Source: Candidatus Bathyarchaeota archaeon
GTDB lineage: Archaea > Thermoproteota > Bathyarchaeia > Bathyarchaeales > Bathycorpusculaceae
Direction: 5' to 3'
Assembly: GCA_013388905.1 (NCBI GenBank)
Contig: JACAEI010000029.1
Location: 6,773-70,772, forward strand
Length of the DNA stretch: 64,000 bases
This document shows, piece after piece, positions 48,132-56,613 of the stretch. Below the pieces are notes generated by a model that was given only the letters and a program-made list of their open reading frames with translations, had not been told where the DNA came from and ran no database searches. Positions within the stretch are counted from its first letter, which is position 1, and every line of letters starts with the position of its first letter. Both the position numbers and the translations under genes were made by a program.

Positions 48132-48995
48132 TTGAAAGTTAGTATAGTTTCTTTAACTTGTTGCGCTGGATGTGTGTCTTCTCTTTTGAATGCTAGTGAC
48201 GCTTTATTTGAGGTTCTTTTCGGAGATTTTGAGATTGTTTACTCGCCAACATTTGTAGATTTGAAAGAGGTTCCGGAAGTTGATTTGGCAATAGTTGAAG
48301 GCGGCGTCAGAACAGAAGCAGATGAGAAGTTAATCCGCGAAGTTCGAGCTAAATCTAAAATTCTTGTTGCTTTGGGAATCTGCGCAACCCATGGAGGAGT
48401 GACAAGCTTGGGCAACGTAACTTCCCTAAAGAAGCTTTTGGAAAAAGAGTACTTCCTCCTCGATACAAGTAAGCTCCCAGAATTAGAGGATTTAATGTAT
48501 CCCATATGCAATTTTGTCGACATAGACTATTACATTCCAGGATGCCCGCCCATGCCTTTCTTAATCGTCCATACATTAAAGAGCATAGTGAGTGGAAAAC
48601 CACCAGTCCGCCATCAAAGCGTAGTCTGCACAGAATGCCACAGAAAAATAATAGCTGCAAAACTTGATAGGCTTTATGGCATATATGAGAAAGAAGCAGA
48701 CCCAGTGCTATGCCTAGTAAGTCAAGGCTTCATTTGTTTAGGTTCAATGACACGTGAAGGATGTGGTGCCCCATGTCCAAGAGCTGGATTCACATGTTTC
48801 GGATGCAGAGGCCCACCGGACTCGTTGATGTATAGGTCAAGAGACATGTATGCATTTTTAATCAAGGTTATATCAAGAAGAACCAGTATCCCAGAAGAAA
48901 CAATTAGAGGGGAGCTTTATCGCAATCCATTCATCTTTCACACTTTTATTTTTTCAAAGTTTGAACGGTCAAAAGCGAGGGAGAGAGTAATTTGA
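48132..48995 (+). CDS. [NiFe] hydrogenase small subunit, group 3-like (MvhG/FrhG-type, three Fe-S cluster sites)
   Basis: MKVSIVSLTCCAGC, GICATHGG and PGCPP (proximal cluster), plus the C-terminal CTECH...CLGSMTREGCGAPCP...CFGCRGP. TTG start with AGAGGA SD. Confidence 0.85.
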   Translation: MKVSIVSLTCCAGCVSSLLNASDALFEVLFGDFEIVYSPTFVDLKEVPEVDLAIVEGGVRTEADEKLIREVRAKSKILVALGICATHGGVTSLGNVTSLKKLLEKEYFLLDTSKLPELEDLMYPICNFVDIDYYIPGCPPMPFLIVHTLKSIVSGKPPVRHQSVVCTECHRKIIAAKLDRLYGIYEKEADPVLCLVSQGFICLGSMTREGCGAPCPRAGFTCFGCRGPPDSLMYRSRDMYAFLIKVISRRTSIPEETIRGELYRNPFIFHTFIFSKFERSKARERVI

Positions 48996-50410
48996 GCGAC
49001 AATAGAGAGATAACTATTTCACCGACTACTAGGATTGAGGGACATGGAAAAGTCACAATAATACTTGATGAGGCTGGAAATGTTTCAGACGCCTATTTTT
49101 ATGCTACAGAAATCCGTGGCTTTGATTACTTTCTAAGGGGGATGGATGCAGAGAGATTACCATTCATAATTTCAAGAATTTGCGGCGTCTGCTCGACAGC
49201 CCATATATTAGCTTCTGTTAAAGCCATAGAACGCATATTTAAAACGGAAATAACAGAAACAGCAAGAAAACTTAGAGAGCTTTTGCTTATGGGACAGATT
49301 ATCATCAACCAGTCTCTCGTATTCTTCTTCTTGACGTTGCCAGATTTCTGGTTCTCGCCAGAAGAAAATCCTTCGAAAAGAAACATCTTCCAAATCGCTC
49401 GAGAGAAGCCTGAAATAGGCAGAAAAGCCATCAAATTGAGAAACTTTGGCACCCAAATCTTAGATGCAATCGGAAAACGCGAAGTACACGTGGTTTCCGT
49501 AATACCTGGCGGTTTAATAAATCCACTTAAAAAAAGAGAACGCGAAGAACTGCTCAAATTAGCAGAAAACGCCTGCGCAATAACAAGAGAAGCGCTTACA
49601 CTCGGAAAAGAACTTTTTGAAAAGAACTGGCCAGACTTTCGCAAGGCAGGCGATTACAAAACCAACTATATGGCTCTAACAAAAGACGACGCCATAGAGT
49701 TTTATGACGGCAAAATTCGCATCATAGGTCCCAGTTGTGAAGCGTTATCTGAATTTGACGCACAAGAGTACATGGAACATGTTGAAGAAAAACGCTATGA
49801 ATGGACGTATGCCAAGTTTGCCTACTTGAAGACTTTAGGATTGCCAAAGGGAATAGTGCAAGTTGGTCCCACTGCGAGGATTAACGTAAACAAAAGAGCA
49901 ACTACAGAGATTGCTAATAAAGAGTTGGAAGAGTTTAAGCGAAAATTTGGAAGCCCAGCCTTTGCTACTTTGCTTTTTGATTATGCCCGCCTCATAGACC
50001 TAATATACTCATGTGAAAGAGCTAGGGAGTTGTTAGAAGACGAAGACATAACACAAGCTGATACGAGAGTTAAGGTTATTCCTAAAAGTGGTAGAGGGAT
50101 CGGAGTCATTGAAGCGCCTAGAGGCACACTTGCCCACGAGTACACCATAAACCGAAATGGACGTTTACGCAATATGAGGTTGATAATACCAACCCAAGTG
50201 AATAGCGCGGCAATAAATCTGAATGTTAAAGATGCAGCCGCAGAATTTATTCAGCAAGGCGACGTAAAGCCGGGGCTTTTGAATCGAATAGAGATGGTGA
50301 TAAGAGCTTACGATCCATGCATAAAATGCGCCACAAGACAAGTTAACGAAAATTTAAGGGTGGAAATAATAAACAGTAAAGGCAAACTTCTAAAAGTTCT
50401 TAGCGCTTAA
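48992..50410 (+). CDS. [NiFe] hydrogenase large subunit, group 3-like
   Basis: RIEGHGKV, N-terminal RICGVCSTAH and C-terminal DPCIKCATR Ni-Fe ligand motifs, followed by a 23-aa tail. TTG start overlaps the small-subunit stop (TTGA). Confidence 0.9.
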   Translation: MSDNREITISPTTRIEGHGKVTIILDEAGNVSDAYFYATEIRGFDYFLRGMDAERLPFIISRICGVCSTAHILASVKAIERIFKTEITETARKLRELLLMGQIIINQSLVFFFLTLPDFWFSPEENPSKRNIFQIAREKPEIGRKAIKLRNFGTQILDAIGKREVHVVSVIPGGLINPLKKREREELLKLAENACAITREALTLGKELFEKNWPDFRKAGDYKTNYMALTKDDAIEFYDGKIRIIGPSCEALSEFDAQEYMEHVEEKRYEWTYAKFAYLKTLGLPKGIVQVGPTARINVNKRATTEIANKELEEFKRKFGSPAFATLLFDYARLIDLIYSCERARELLEDEDITQADTRVKVIPKSGRGIGVIEAPRGTLAHEYTINRNGRLRNMRLIIPTQVNSAAINLNVKDAAAEFIQQGDVKPGLLNRIEMVIRAYDPCIKCATRQVNENLRVEIINSKGKLLKVLSA

Positions 50411-50610
50411 GTTAGAATTTTTATGGCTTGACCTGGACAGTTAACTTCGCATGTTCTGCATTGAATACAATTTTCTTCGCTTACAATTTTTGGCTTTTCT
50501 GATTTGCTATCACGAAAAATCGAAACAGGGCAAATTTCCACGCAGATTCTATCAATGTCTTCGACACATTTGGCGTAGTCTATTACTATTCTAACCATGT
50601 TTTTGACCAT
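50407..50610 (-). CDS. 2x[4Fe-4S] ferredoxin
   Basis: 67 aa with CVEDIDRICVEICP and CIQCRTCEVNCP cluster motifs. Confidence 0.8.
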   Translation of the reverse strand: MVKNMVRIVIDYAKCVEDIDRICVEICPVSIFRDSKSEKPKIVSEENCIQCRTCEVNCPGQAIKILT

Positions 50611-50697
50611 TTTTAGGAAATAGTTTTCTGAAACTATTAAACCTTCTCATTTTAGCTGTAACTCTCTTTCTATCCAGAATTTATTTTTCGCTTATGT

Positions 50698-52869
50698 TCA
50701 GTGGTGATGTCCATGTTCTCTAGGCTTTTCTTTTTCAATCTTGTCCATGTATTTTTTGGGATTTTTCTTAAATTCTTCTTCACAATGTTGTGAACAGAAG
50801 TAGAGGACATAGTTTCCATACTGCAGTTTGCTGTAGACACTCTCAAGTTCCAGTTTCATTCCGCAAACTGGGTCTGTCATCACATGCTTTTTTTCCTTGA
50901 ACTCTGCAATTTTGGGTTCGTATTTTCTCAAAGTCTGGCTGTTAAAGGCAACTATGACTGTGCTTAATGACATGATTAATGCACCTACTGCTGGGCTTAG
51001 AATTATTCCAATGTTATATAGGATGCCAGCTGCCAGTGGAATAGCGATTATGTTGTAGCCAGATGCCCACCATAAATTCTGAACCAATTTCGAATATGTT
51101 TTCTGCGAAAGATCTACGATTTTTGGTACATCTCTGGGGTCATTCCTTACTAGGATTATGTCTGCACTTTCTATGGCTACATCTGTTCCAGCACCTATGG
51201 CGATGCCAACATCCGCGGTAACAAGGGCTGGAGCATCATTAACACCGTCACCCACCATGGCAACTTTATAGCCTTTCTCCATCAGAAGTTTGATTTTTTC
51301 TGCTTTTTTATCTGGCAAAACTTGAGCAAAATAATAGTCTATGTCGAGTTCTTTGGCTACCCAATGGGCTACTTCTTCAGAATCTCCAGTTAGCATATAA
51401 ACAGCTTTTCCATTCTCTTTAAGTTGCTTAACTGCTTCACGGGATTCTGCTCTTATAATGTCTGAGAGAGCAAAAGCGCCTGCAAGTTTTCCCTCAGATA
51501 TTGTGAAAACGACTGTTTTGCCTTGTTCCTGCAACTCTTTTATTCTTTTGTCGTCTACTTCTATTTTCATTTCTTCAAGAAGATTGGGGCTTCCAACATA
51601 GACTTCTTTTTTACTAATTTTTCCATAGGCGCCTTTGCCGGGCAAAGCTTTGAAATCATTAGTTTGTGGAATTTCTATGCCTTTTTCTTTTGCATGTTCC
51701 ACTATGGCTTTGGCAATTATATGTTCCGAATTGAGTTCAATGCTCGCAGTTAGTCTTAAAAGTTTGTCTTCTGGAATGAATGAGATCACGTCGCTGACGC
51801 CGAATTTGCCTAGAGTCAGAGTGCCGGTTTTGTCGAAAACCACGGCGTTCACGTCTTTTACCATTTCAAAGGCTTTTCTGTCTCTGATGAGGATTCCGCT
51901 TTTTGCAGTTATGGATGTTGAGAGCGCAACCACTAAGGGAACAGCTAAGCCAAGGGCGTGGGGACATGCAATGACTAGAACCGTAACAGACCTTTCTAAG
52001 GCAACATCAGGAAGCCCTGAAAAGAACCACACAGCGTATGTGATTATCCCGACAGCGATAGCCACATAGAAGAGGAGAGCGGCTGCTCTATTTGCCAAAT
52101 CTTGAGTTCTTGATTTGCTTTCTTGCGCTTGTCTCACAAGCTTAATTACTTGCGATAAATAGGTCTCTTCGCCAATTTTTTCTATTTTTACTTTCAAGAC
52201 TCCTTCGCCGTTGATGGCTCCACCAATGACTCTGTGGTTTTCTTCCTTCAGAACAGGCTTTGATTCTCCAGTTAATAGTGCCTCGTTGACTGAGGATTTG
52301 CCTTCAAGAACACAGCCGTCTGAAGGTATTTTCTCACCTGGGCGGACAAGAACAGTGTCGCCTTTTTTCAGTTGCGAGACTGGAACGTCTGTGATTCTAC
52401 CATTTTCTACTAGATGGGCTGTTATGGGCATGATTTTAACAAGTTCTTCTAATGCTTGGGAAGCACCAAGAACCCTTTTTGCTTCTATCCAATGTCCAAG
52501 AAGCATCACATCGATCAACGTGGCAAGTTCCCAAAAGAAATCTTTTCCAGCTATCAGAAAAACAGTTGCGGTGGAGTAGAAAAAAGCCACTGATATTGCA
52601 GTAGAGATAAGTGTCATCATTCCTGGCTGGCGCATTTTTACTTCTTGGACCAAGCCTCTCAGAAAGGGACATCCGCCATAAATGTAGACAATTAATGAAA
52701 GAACGAACAAAACTTGTTTTGGGAAGGGCACTTGTATCCATGTAAGATTAAACCATGCCTGAATCATTTCAGATAGTAATAGAATTGGGATAGTAAGTGC
52801 TACCGAGACAAAGAACCTGTTTTTGAATTGTTGCATGTACTGTGCATGACCATGATGATTGTGTTGCAT
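50698..52869 (-). CDS. copB: heavy-metal P1B-type ATPase, CPH (CopB-like) subtype, with His-rich termini and C-terminal YHS/TRASH-like domain
   Basis: DKTGTLT, GDGVNDAP and a TM6 CPH motif (VIACPHALG). N-terminus MQHNHHGH; C-terminus DPVCGMKL...FCSQHCEEEF...REHGHHH. Confidence 0.9.
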   Translation of the reverse strand: MQHNHHGHAQYMQQFKNRFFVSVALTIPILLLSEMIQAWFNLTWIQVPFPKQVLFVLSLIVYIYGGCPFLRGLVQEVKMRQPGMMTLISTAISVAFFYSTATVFLIAGKDFFWELATLIDVMLLGHWIEAKRVLGASQALEELVKIMPITAHLVENGRITDVPVSQLKKGDTVLVRPGEKIPSDGCVLEGKSSVNEALLTGESKPVLKEENHRVIGGAINGEGVLKVKIEKIGEETYLSQVIKLVRQAQESKSRTQDLANRAAALLFYVAIAVGIITYAVWFFSGLPDVALERSVTVLVIACPHALGLAVPLVVALSTSITAKSGILIRDRKAFEMVKDVNAVVFDKTGTLTLGKFGVSDVISFIPEDKLLRLTASIELNSEHIIAKAIVEHAKEKGIEIPQTNDFKALPGKGAYGKISKKEVYVGSPNLLEEMKIEVDDKRIKELQEQGKTVVFTISEGKLAGAFALSDIIRAESREAVKQLKENGKAVYMLTGDSEEVAHWVAKELDIDYYFAQVLPDKKAEKIKLLMEKGYKVAMVGDGVNDAPALVTADVGIAIGAGTDVAIESADIILVRNDPRDVPKIVDLSQKTYSKLVQNLWWASGYNIIAIPLAAGILYNIGIILSPAVGALIMSLSTVIVAFNSQTLRKYEPKIAEFKEKKHVMTDPVCGMKLELESVYSKLQYGNYVLYFCSQHCEEEFKKNPKKYMDKIEKEKPREHGHHH

Positions 52870-52923
52870 TTCACATTCTTCTCATTTACTTGTTTCTTTG
52901 TTTGTCAATTTTGACTGCCATTA

Positions 52924-52961
52924 TAGTCATTAATGCTTAGTTTAGTCATTAATGCTTAGTT
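52924..52961. repeat. perfect tandem duplication of a 19-bp unit TAGTCATTAATGCTTAGTT upstream of copB (operator candidate)
   Basis: Units at 52924-52942 and 52943-52961 are identical. Each contains the 8-bp palindrome CATTAATG. The pair lies 55-92 nt upstream of the copB ATG (52869). Confidence 0.7.
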
Positions 52962-53010
52962 GAAAAACATAGAATAATAGAAGATTAAATTTTCCGCTAC
53001 TAGAAGGGTT

Positions 53011-53490
53011 TTATCCCCCAGGGGCGCCATGGAATGGAACGTTCTTCCAGAGAAGTTCCCACCAATCTTCTTCTGTTATAGTTTCTCCACGCACGAGAAT
53101 TTCGAGCACCATTTTCAGAAGCTCGTGATGCCTTTTTTCATCAGCCAAAATAGCGTTTAACAGGAGCTTAACCTTGTCATTTTCAACTGTTGGCAGTATC
53201 TTGCTGATTTTTTTGATGAGTTCTGCTTCCATACGAATATGCTTTTCCACAAGAGCCTTTTGCTTGTCTAAATGCTCTTGTGTAAGAGCTCGCGAAACCG
53301 TTGTTAACAACTCGGTAGCTGCAGCATACATTTCAGCATGCTTAACAGAATCTAAAGATATTCCTTTTAAAACACCTTTTACAGGTGGATTCTTCACGTC
53401 AACCAAAGCATTGTTTAACGAGTCCACAATTTCATTTTCGACAAGAATTTGAGCTTTCAGAAATTTTATTAGGTCACTTTTTGATTTCAA
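53011..53490 (-). CDS. ferritin-like / four-helix-bundle protein (uncertain)
   Basis: 159 aa, helical, with one ExxH motif (ADEKRHHE; E-K-R-H) and nearby His/Glu residues (DSVKHAEMY). Weak assignment. Confidence 0.35.
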   Translation of the reverse strand: MKSKSDLIKFLKAQILVENEIVDSLNNALVDVKNPPVKGVLKGISLDSVKHAEMYAAATELLTTVSRALTQEHLDKQKALVEKHIRMEAELIKKISKILPTVENDKVKLLLNAILADEKRHHELLKMVLEILVRGETITEEDWWELLWKNVPFHGAPGG

Positions 53491-53523
53491 CTGTTTTTTG
53501 CCTCCTTTCTTGCTTAGAACATG

Positions 53524-53967
53524 TTAGGCTTTATGCATAAGTCTTTCGGCAATGTGCCTTCCAAATTCTCTGCATTTTTCTAAAGCAGTTTGGTCAGGCG
53601 TATATTTAATTAGAAGCGGCGGTTCAACGACTTGCATTTCAAATTTGTTTTTCATAATTTCCAGTATTAGCCGCGGAGCTTCACCGCTCCATCCATAAGA
53701 CCCAAAAGCCGCGCCAATCTTGCCTTTCAAATTGACGTTTTTGGCAGCTGCTTCTTCGAATAAGTTTTTCATGTCGATAGTCATGTCATGGTGATACGTT
53801 GGAATTCCAACAGCTATGGCGTCGAAGGTGCTTAGCGTTTCAGGTAGAACATGATAGTCTAATTTTACTTCCACTCCTTGAACTGTTTTGGCGCCTTCTT
53901 CCACGACTTTAGCCATCTTCTCAGTGTTTCCAGTGCGACTATAATACAAAATGAGAATTTTTGCCAT
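53524..53967 (-). CDS. flavodoxin-fold protein
   Basis: MAKILILYYSRTGNTEKMA FMN-phosphate-binding loop; 147 aa. Confidence 0.75.
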   Translation of the reverse strand: MAKILILYYSRTGNTEKMAKVVEEGAKTVQGVEVKLDYHVLPETLSTFDAIAVGIPTYHHDMTIDMKNLFEEAAAKNVNLKGKIGAAFGSYGWSGEAPRLILEIMKNKFEMQVVEPPLLIKYTPDQTALEKCREFGRHIAERLMHKA

Positions 53968-54003
53968 AGCTATTCCACCGTAAACGTTTAGAAAAACATA
54001 CTT

Positions 54004-54480
54004 TTAGAATTTGTTTTTGATTTCATTTGCAATTTTTGTGCCGTATTCTTTGCTTTTGGCAAGTTCCTGCTCCGACACTGGTCCCTTCATGCCTTGAACA
54101 AGCATTGACAATCCAGAATGTAGAATCCTCGATTGTGAAGCATCCTCACCTATTTTCTGCTTCATCTTTCTAACTGCTTTTTCAATATCCCTTCCAATAT
54201 ACGTGTCAAAAACAGCAACATACTTCCCTTCTAACCGTAGTTTGCCAAGCTTGTCAATGAACTTTTTGACGCCTCTGGTTGGTCCGCCAAAATGGTTTGG
54301 AGAACCAAGCAAAATCAAATCATAATTGACAACATTTTCAAGGTCAACTTCTTTAAGCTCCTTAACAACTGTTTCTATTCCTGAAACTTCACGTGCACCT
54401 TCGGCAATGGTTTCTGCCACACGTTTAGTATTGCCATACTTCGACTCATAAGCCACAATAATCTTAGCCAAGACTTTCAC
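54004..54480 (-). CDS. flavodoxin-fold protein
   Basis: IIVAYESKYGNTKRVAE loop and GSPNHFGG. Start is ambiguous (GTG 54480 or TTG 54471). Confidence 0.75.
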   Translation of the reverse strand: MKVLAKIIVAYESKYGNTKRVAETIAEGAREVSGIETVVKELKEVDLENVVNYDLILLGSPNHFGGPTRGVKKFIDKLGKLRLEGKYVAVFDTYIGRDIEKAVRKMKQKIGEDASQSRILHSGLSMLVQGMKGPVSEQELAKSKEYGTKIANEIKNKF

Positions 54481-54682
54481 CTATCACCATGAAGTTTGCC
54501 ATGAGCGAATATAAGAGTATTGCAGCCGCCGGTCGTCGTCAAGCGAGTCAGAAATCAAAGTCCAATCTATATATAAGGGTGGTCTAGTTGCCACAGAAAG
54601 TCAGAAGAAAACTCGGAAAGATAGCTGTAACTTGTGTTAAATCTTAAGTAGCGGCTATCACCTATATTCATTTTGAAGAATC

Positions 54683-56401
54683 TTGAAGAAGCCTGTTTTT
54701 CTCATTGCAGTCCTATCCGTTATGTTAATTGGCATCATAGGATTGACGCCTGCGGTTCAGCCGACAACTGCGAAATCTGAGCCAATTCAAGGCATTATAC
54801 CCTGGAGCGATTGGAAGCATTACCACAACTACACAGAAATTGTCAATACTCTTATTTACCTAAATAAAACATACCCAAGCATTGTTGATGTTTTTCCAAT
54901 AGGAAAAAGTTGGCAAAACCGGACAATATATTGTATAAGATTAACAAACGAAAACATACAAAAAACAAAACCCAAAGTGCTTTTTGTAGGTTATCATCAT
55001 GCCCGCGAATTGATAAGTGCTGAACTGCCTCTATACTTCGCAGTTGAAGCAGCAACTCAGTATGGTACAAACGCAACTGTCACCTTCATCCTAGACAACA
55101 GCGAAATTTACATTATTGCAGCAACAAATGTTGACGGTTTCGACGCAGTGAGACGAAATCCCTGGCAGCGTAAAAACGCTCACCCCTACGATGATGATGG
55201 TGATGGACTATTGGACGAAGATCCGCCGGAAGACGAGAATGGCGATGGCTACGTAGAATGGTTGTGGAAGTCATCTGCACCAGCATCCATGGAAGGCGTG
55301 AACGAAGATGGGGACAGCATGGCAAATGAAGACTGGATTGGAGGCGTGGATCTAAACAGAAATTATGGATACAAGTGGGATGCACCAGTTATCAGCGGCA
55401 GCTCGGACCCAGATTCAGAAGTTTACGGAGGATCAGCACCATTCTCCGAACCAGAAACGCAAGCAATAAGAGACTTAGCATTACAGCACAACTTCAAATA
55501 TGCAATAAGCTTCCATTCCGGTTCCGAATGCATAATTTATCCATGGGGATATACAACCACCCCCACATTGCATGAACCAATATTCAAACAAATAGCAGGA
55601 AACTTGTCCGCACTTACAGGTGCAACAGCTGTTCAAGCCGCTCAAGGTCTCTACACAGCGTCTGGATCTTGGGACGATTGGATGTACGGAAACAGAAGCG
55701 TTTTGGCTCTTACATGTGAAATCTACGTAAACCCCAACGCATTTAAATTGCAAACTGAGTCTTCGGGATTGTCACGCCTAAGAGGAGTCTTCCAGTTTTA
55801 TAACCCCGACCCCCGCGATATCGAAAAGGTAATTCAACGTTGGCTACCAGTTTTCATTTATATTTCAAACAGAGCAATAACCAAAAATGTAGAGTTTGCT
55901 CAGGCAGTGACCACCTTAAAAGCTGAAATCTCCTCTGCTGTTCAAGGAAAACCTGTTATTCTAAAGGCATACTTGAAAGATATATACGGGAACCCAGTTA
56001 GAGGCGTAAAAGTAGAGTTCCAGATATTAGGTTGGCCTAGTTGGACACAGATAGGTTCTGCTTTTACTGATTCTAATGGCGCCGTGTCAATTAGTTACAC
56101 GCCTCCGAGAATTGGAACGTTCCAGGTAAGAGCACTTTTCAACGGCGCCACAGAATATTCACAATCGATAAGCGAGATTGCATTTTTGGATGTGCAAAGA
56201 GATTTCAGTCTATTCATCACTTTTGGCTACTTTAGCCTGGCACTGGGAGTTACTGTTGGATGCCCAGGAGTATACGCTTACTATCGAAAGAATAAAATTA
56301 AGAAACAACTTCAACAAGACCAATATGAACGTTTTATGTCACGTTGGAACGCTTTTCTACAGGTTGTTGAAGAAGAGCAAAGCAAGAGACGCGCACTATA
56401 A
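54683..56401 (+). CDS. M14-family zinc carboxypeptidase, secreted and C-terminally membrane anchored
   Basis: Signal-like N-terminus. HHARELIS (HxxE), NRNYGY, FHSGSE (third Zn ligand) and TCEIY (catalytic Glu). An acidic DDDGDGLLDEDPPEDENGDG insert, an Ig-like region and a C-terminal TM helix. Confidence 0.85.
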   Translation: MKKPVFLIAVLSVMLIGIIGLTPAVQPTTAKSEPIQGIIPWSDWKHYHNYTEIVNTLIYLNKTYPSIVDVFPIGKSWQNRTIYCIRLTNENIQKTKPKVLFVGYHHARELISAELPLYFAVEAATQYGTNATVTFILDNSEIYIIAATNVDGFDAVRRNPWQRKNAHPYDDDGDGLLDEDPPEDENGDGYVEWLWKSSAPASMEGVNEDGDSMANEDWIGGVDLNRNYGYKWDAPVISGSSDPDSEVYGGSAPFSEPETQAIRDLALQHNFKYAISFHSGSECIIYPWGYTTTPTLHEPIFKQIAGNLSALTGATAVQAAQGLYTASGSWDDWMYGNRSVLALTCEIYVNPNAFKLQTESSGLSRLRGVFQFYNPDPRDIEKVIQRWLPVFIYISNRAITKNVEFAQAVTTLKAEISSAVQGKPVILKAYLKDIYGNPVRGVKVEFQILGWPSWTQIGSAFTDSNGAVSISYTPPRIGTFQVRALFNGATEYSQSISEIAFLDVQRDFSLFITFGYFSLALGVTVGCPGVYAYYRKNKIKKQLQQDQYERFMSRWNAFLQVVEEEQSKRRAL

Positions 56402-56495
56402 TTTTTCTTTAAAAACACCATCGGAAGGCTTCAGAGTTACAGAATTTTATAGCAATAAAAGAGCCTACATCAAACCGTTTTTCATGAAAGAAGGA

Positions 56496-56568
56496 AGCTG
56501 GGGATGGGAGTTGAACCCACATATAGCGGCTCTGCAGGCCGCCGCCTGAACCGTTCGGCCACCCCAGC
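56496..56568 (-). tRNA. tRNA-Cys (anticodon GCA), no encoded CCA, no intron
   Basis: Hand-folded cloverleaf. Acceptor GCTGGGG/CCCCAGC; D arm GCCG..AGGC; anticodon stem GCGGC/GCCGC with loop CTGCAGA; T arm GTGGG-TTCAACT-CCCAT. Discriminator U73, typical for tRNA-Cys. AT-rich TATA-like element about 35 nt upstream. Confidence 0.9.
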
Positions 56569-56613
56569 ACTTAGCCAAAAGAAACTTGCGCAGTAGGCTG
56601 TAATAAATATTTT

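Noticed and set aside
49126-49644. 172-aa minus-strand ORF
   Set aside because: Antisense to the [NiFe] hydrogenase large subunit.
52924-52961. CRISPR-like or mobile-element repeat
   Set aside because: There are only two directly abutting 19-bp units with no spacers, no cas genes, and no terminal inverted repeats or transposase. An operator-type repeat is more plausible.
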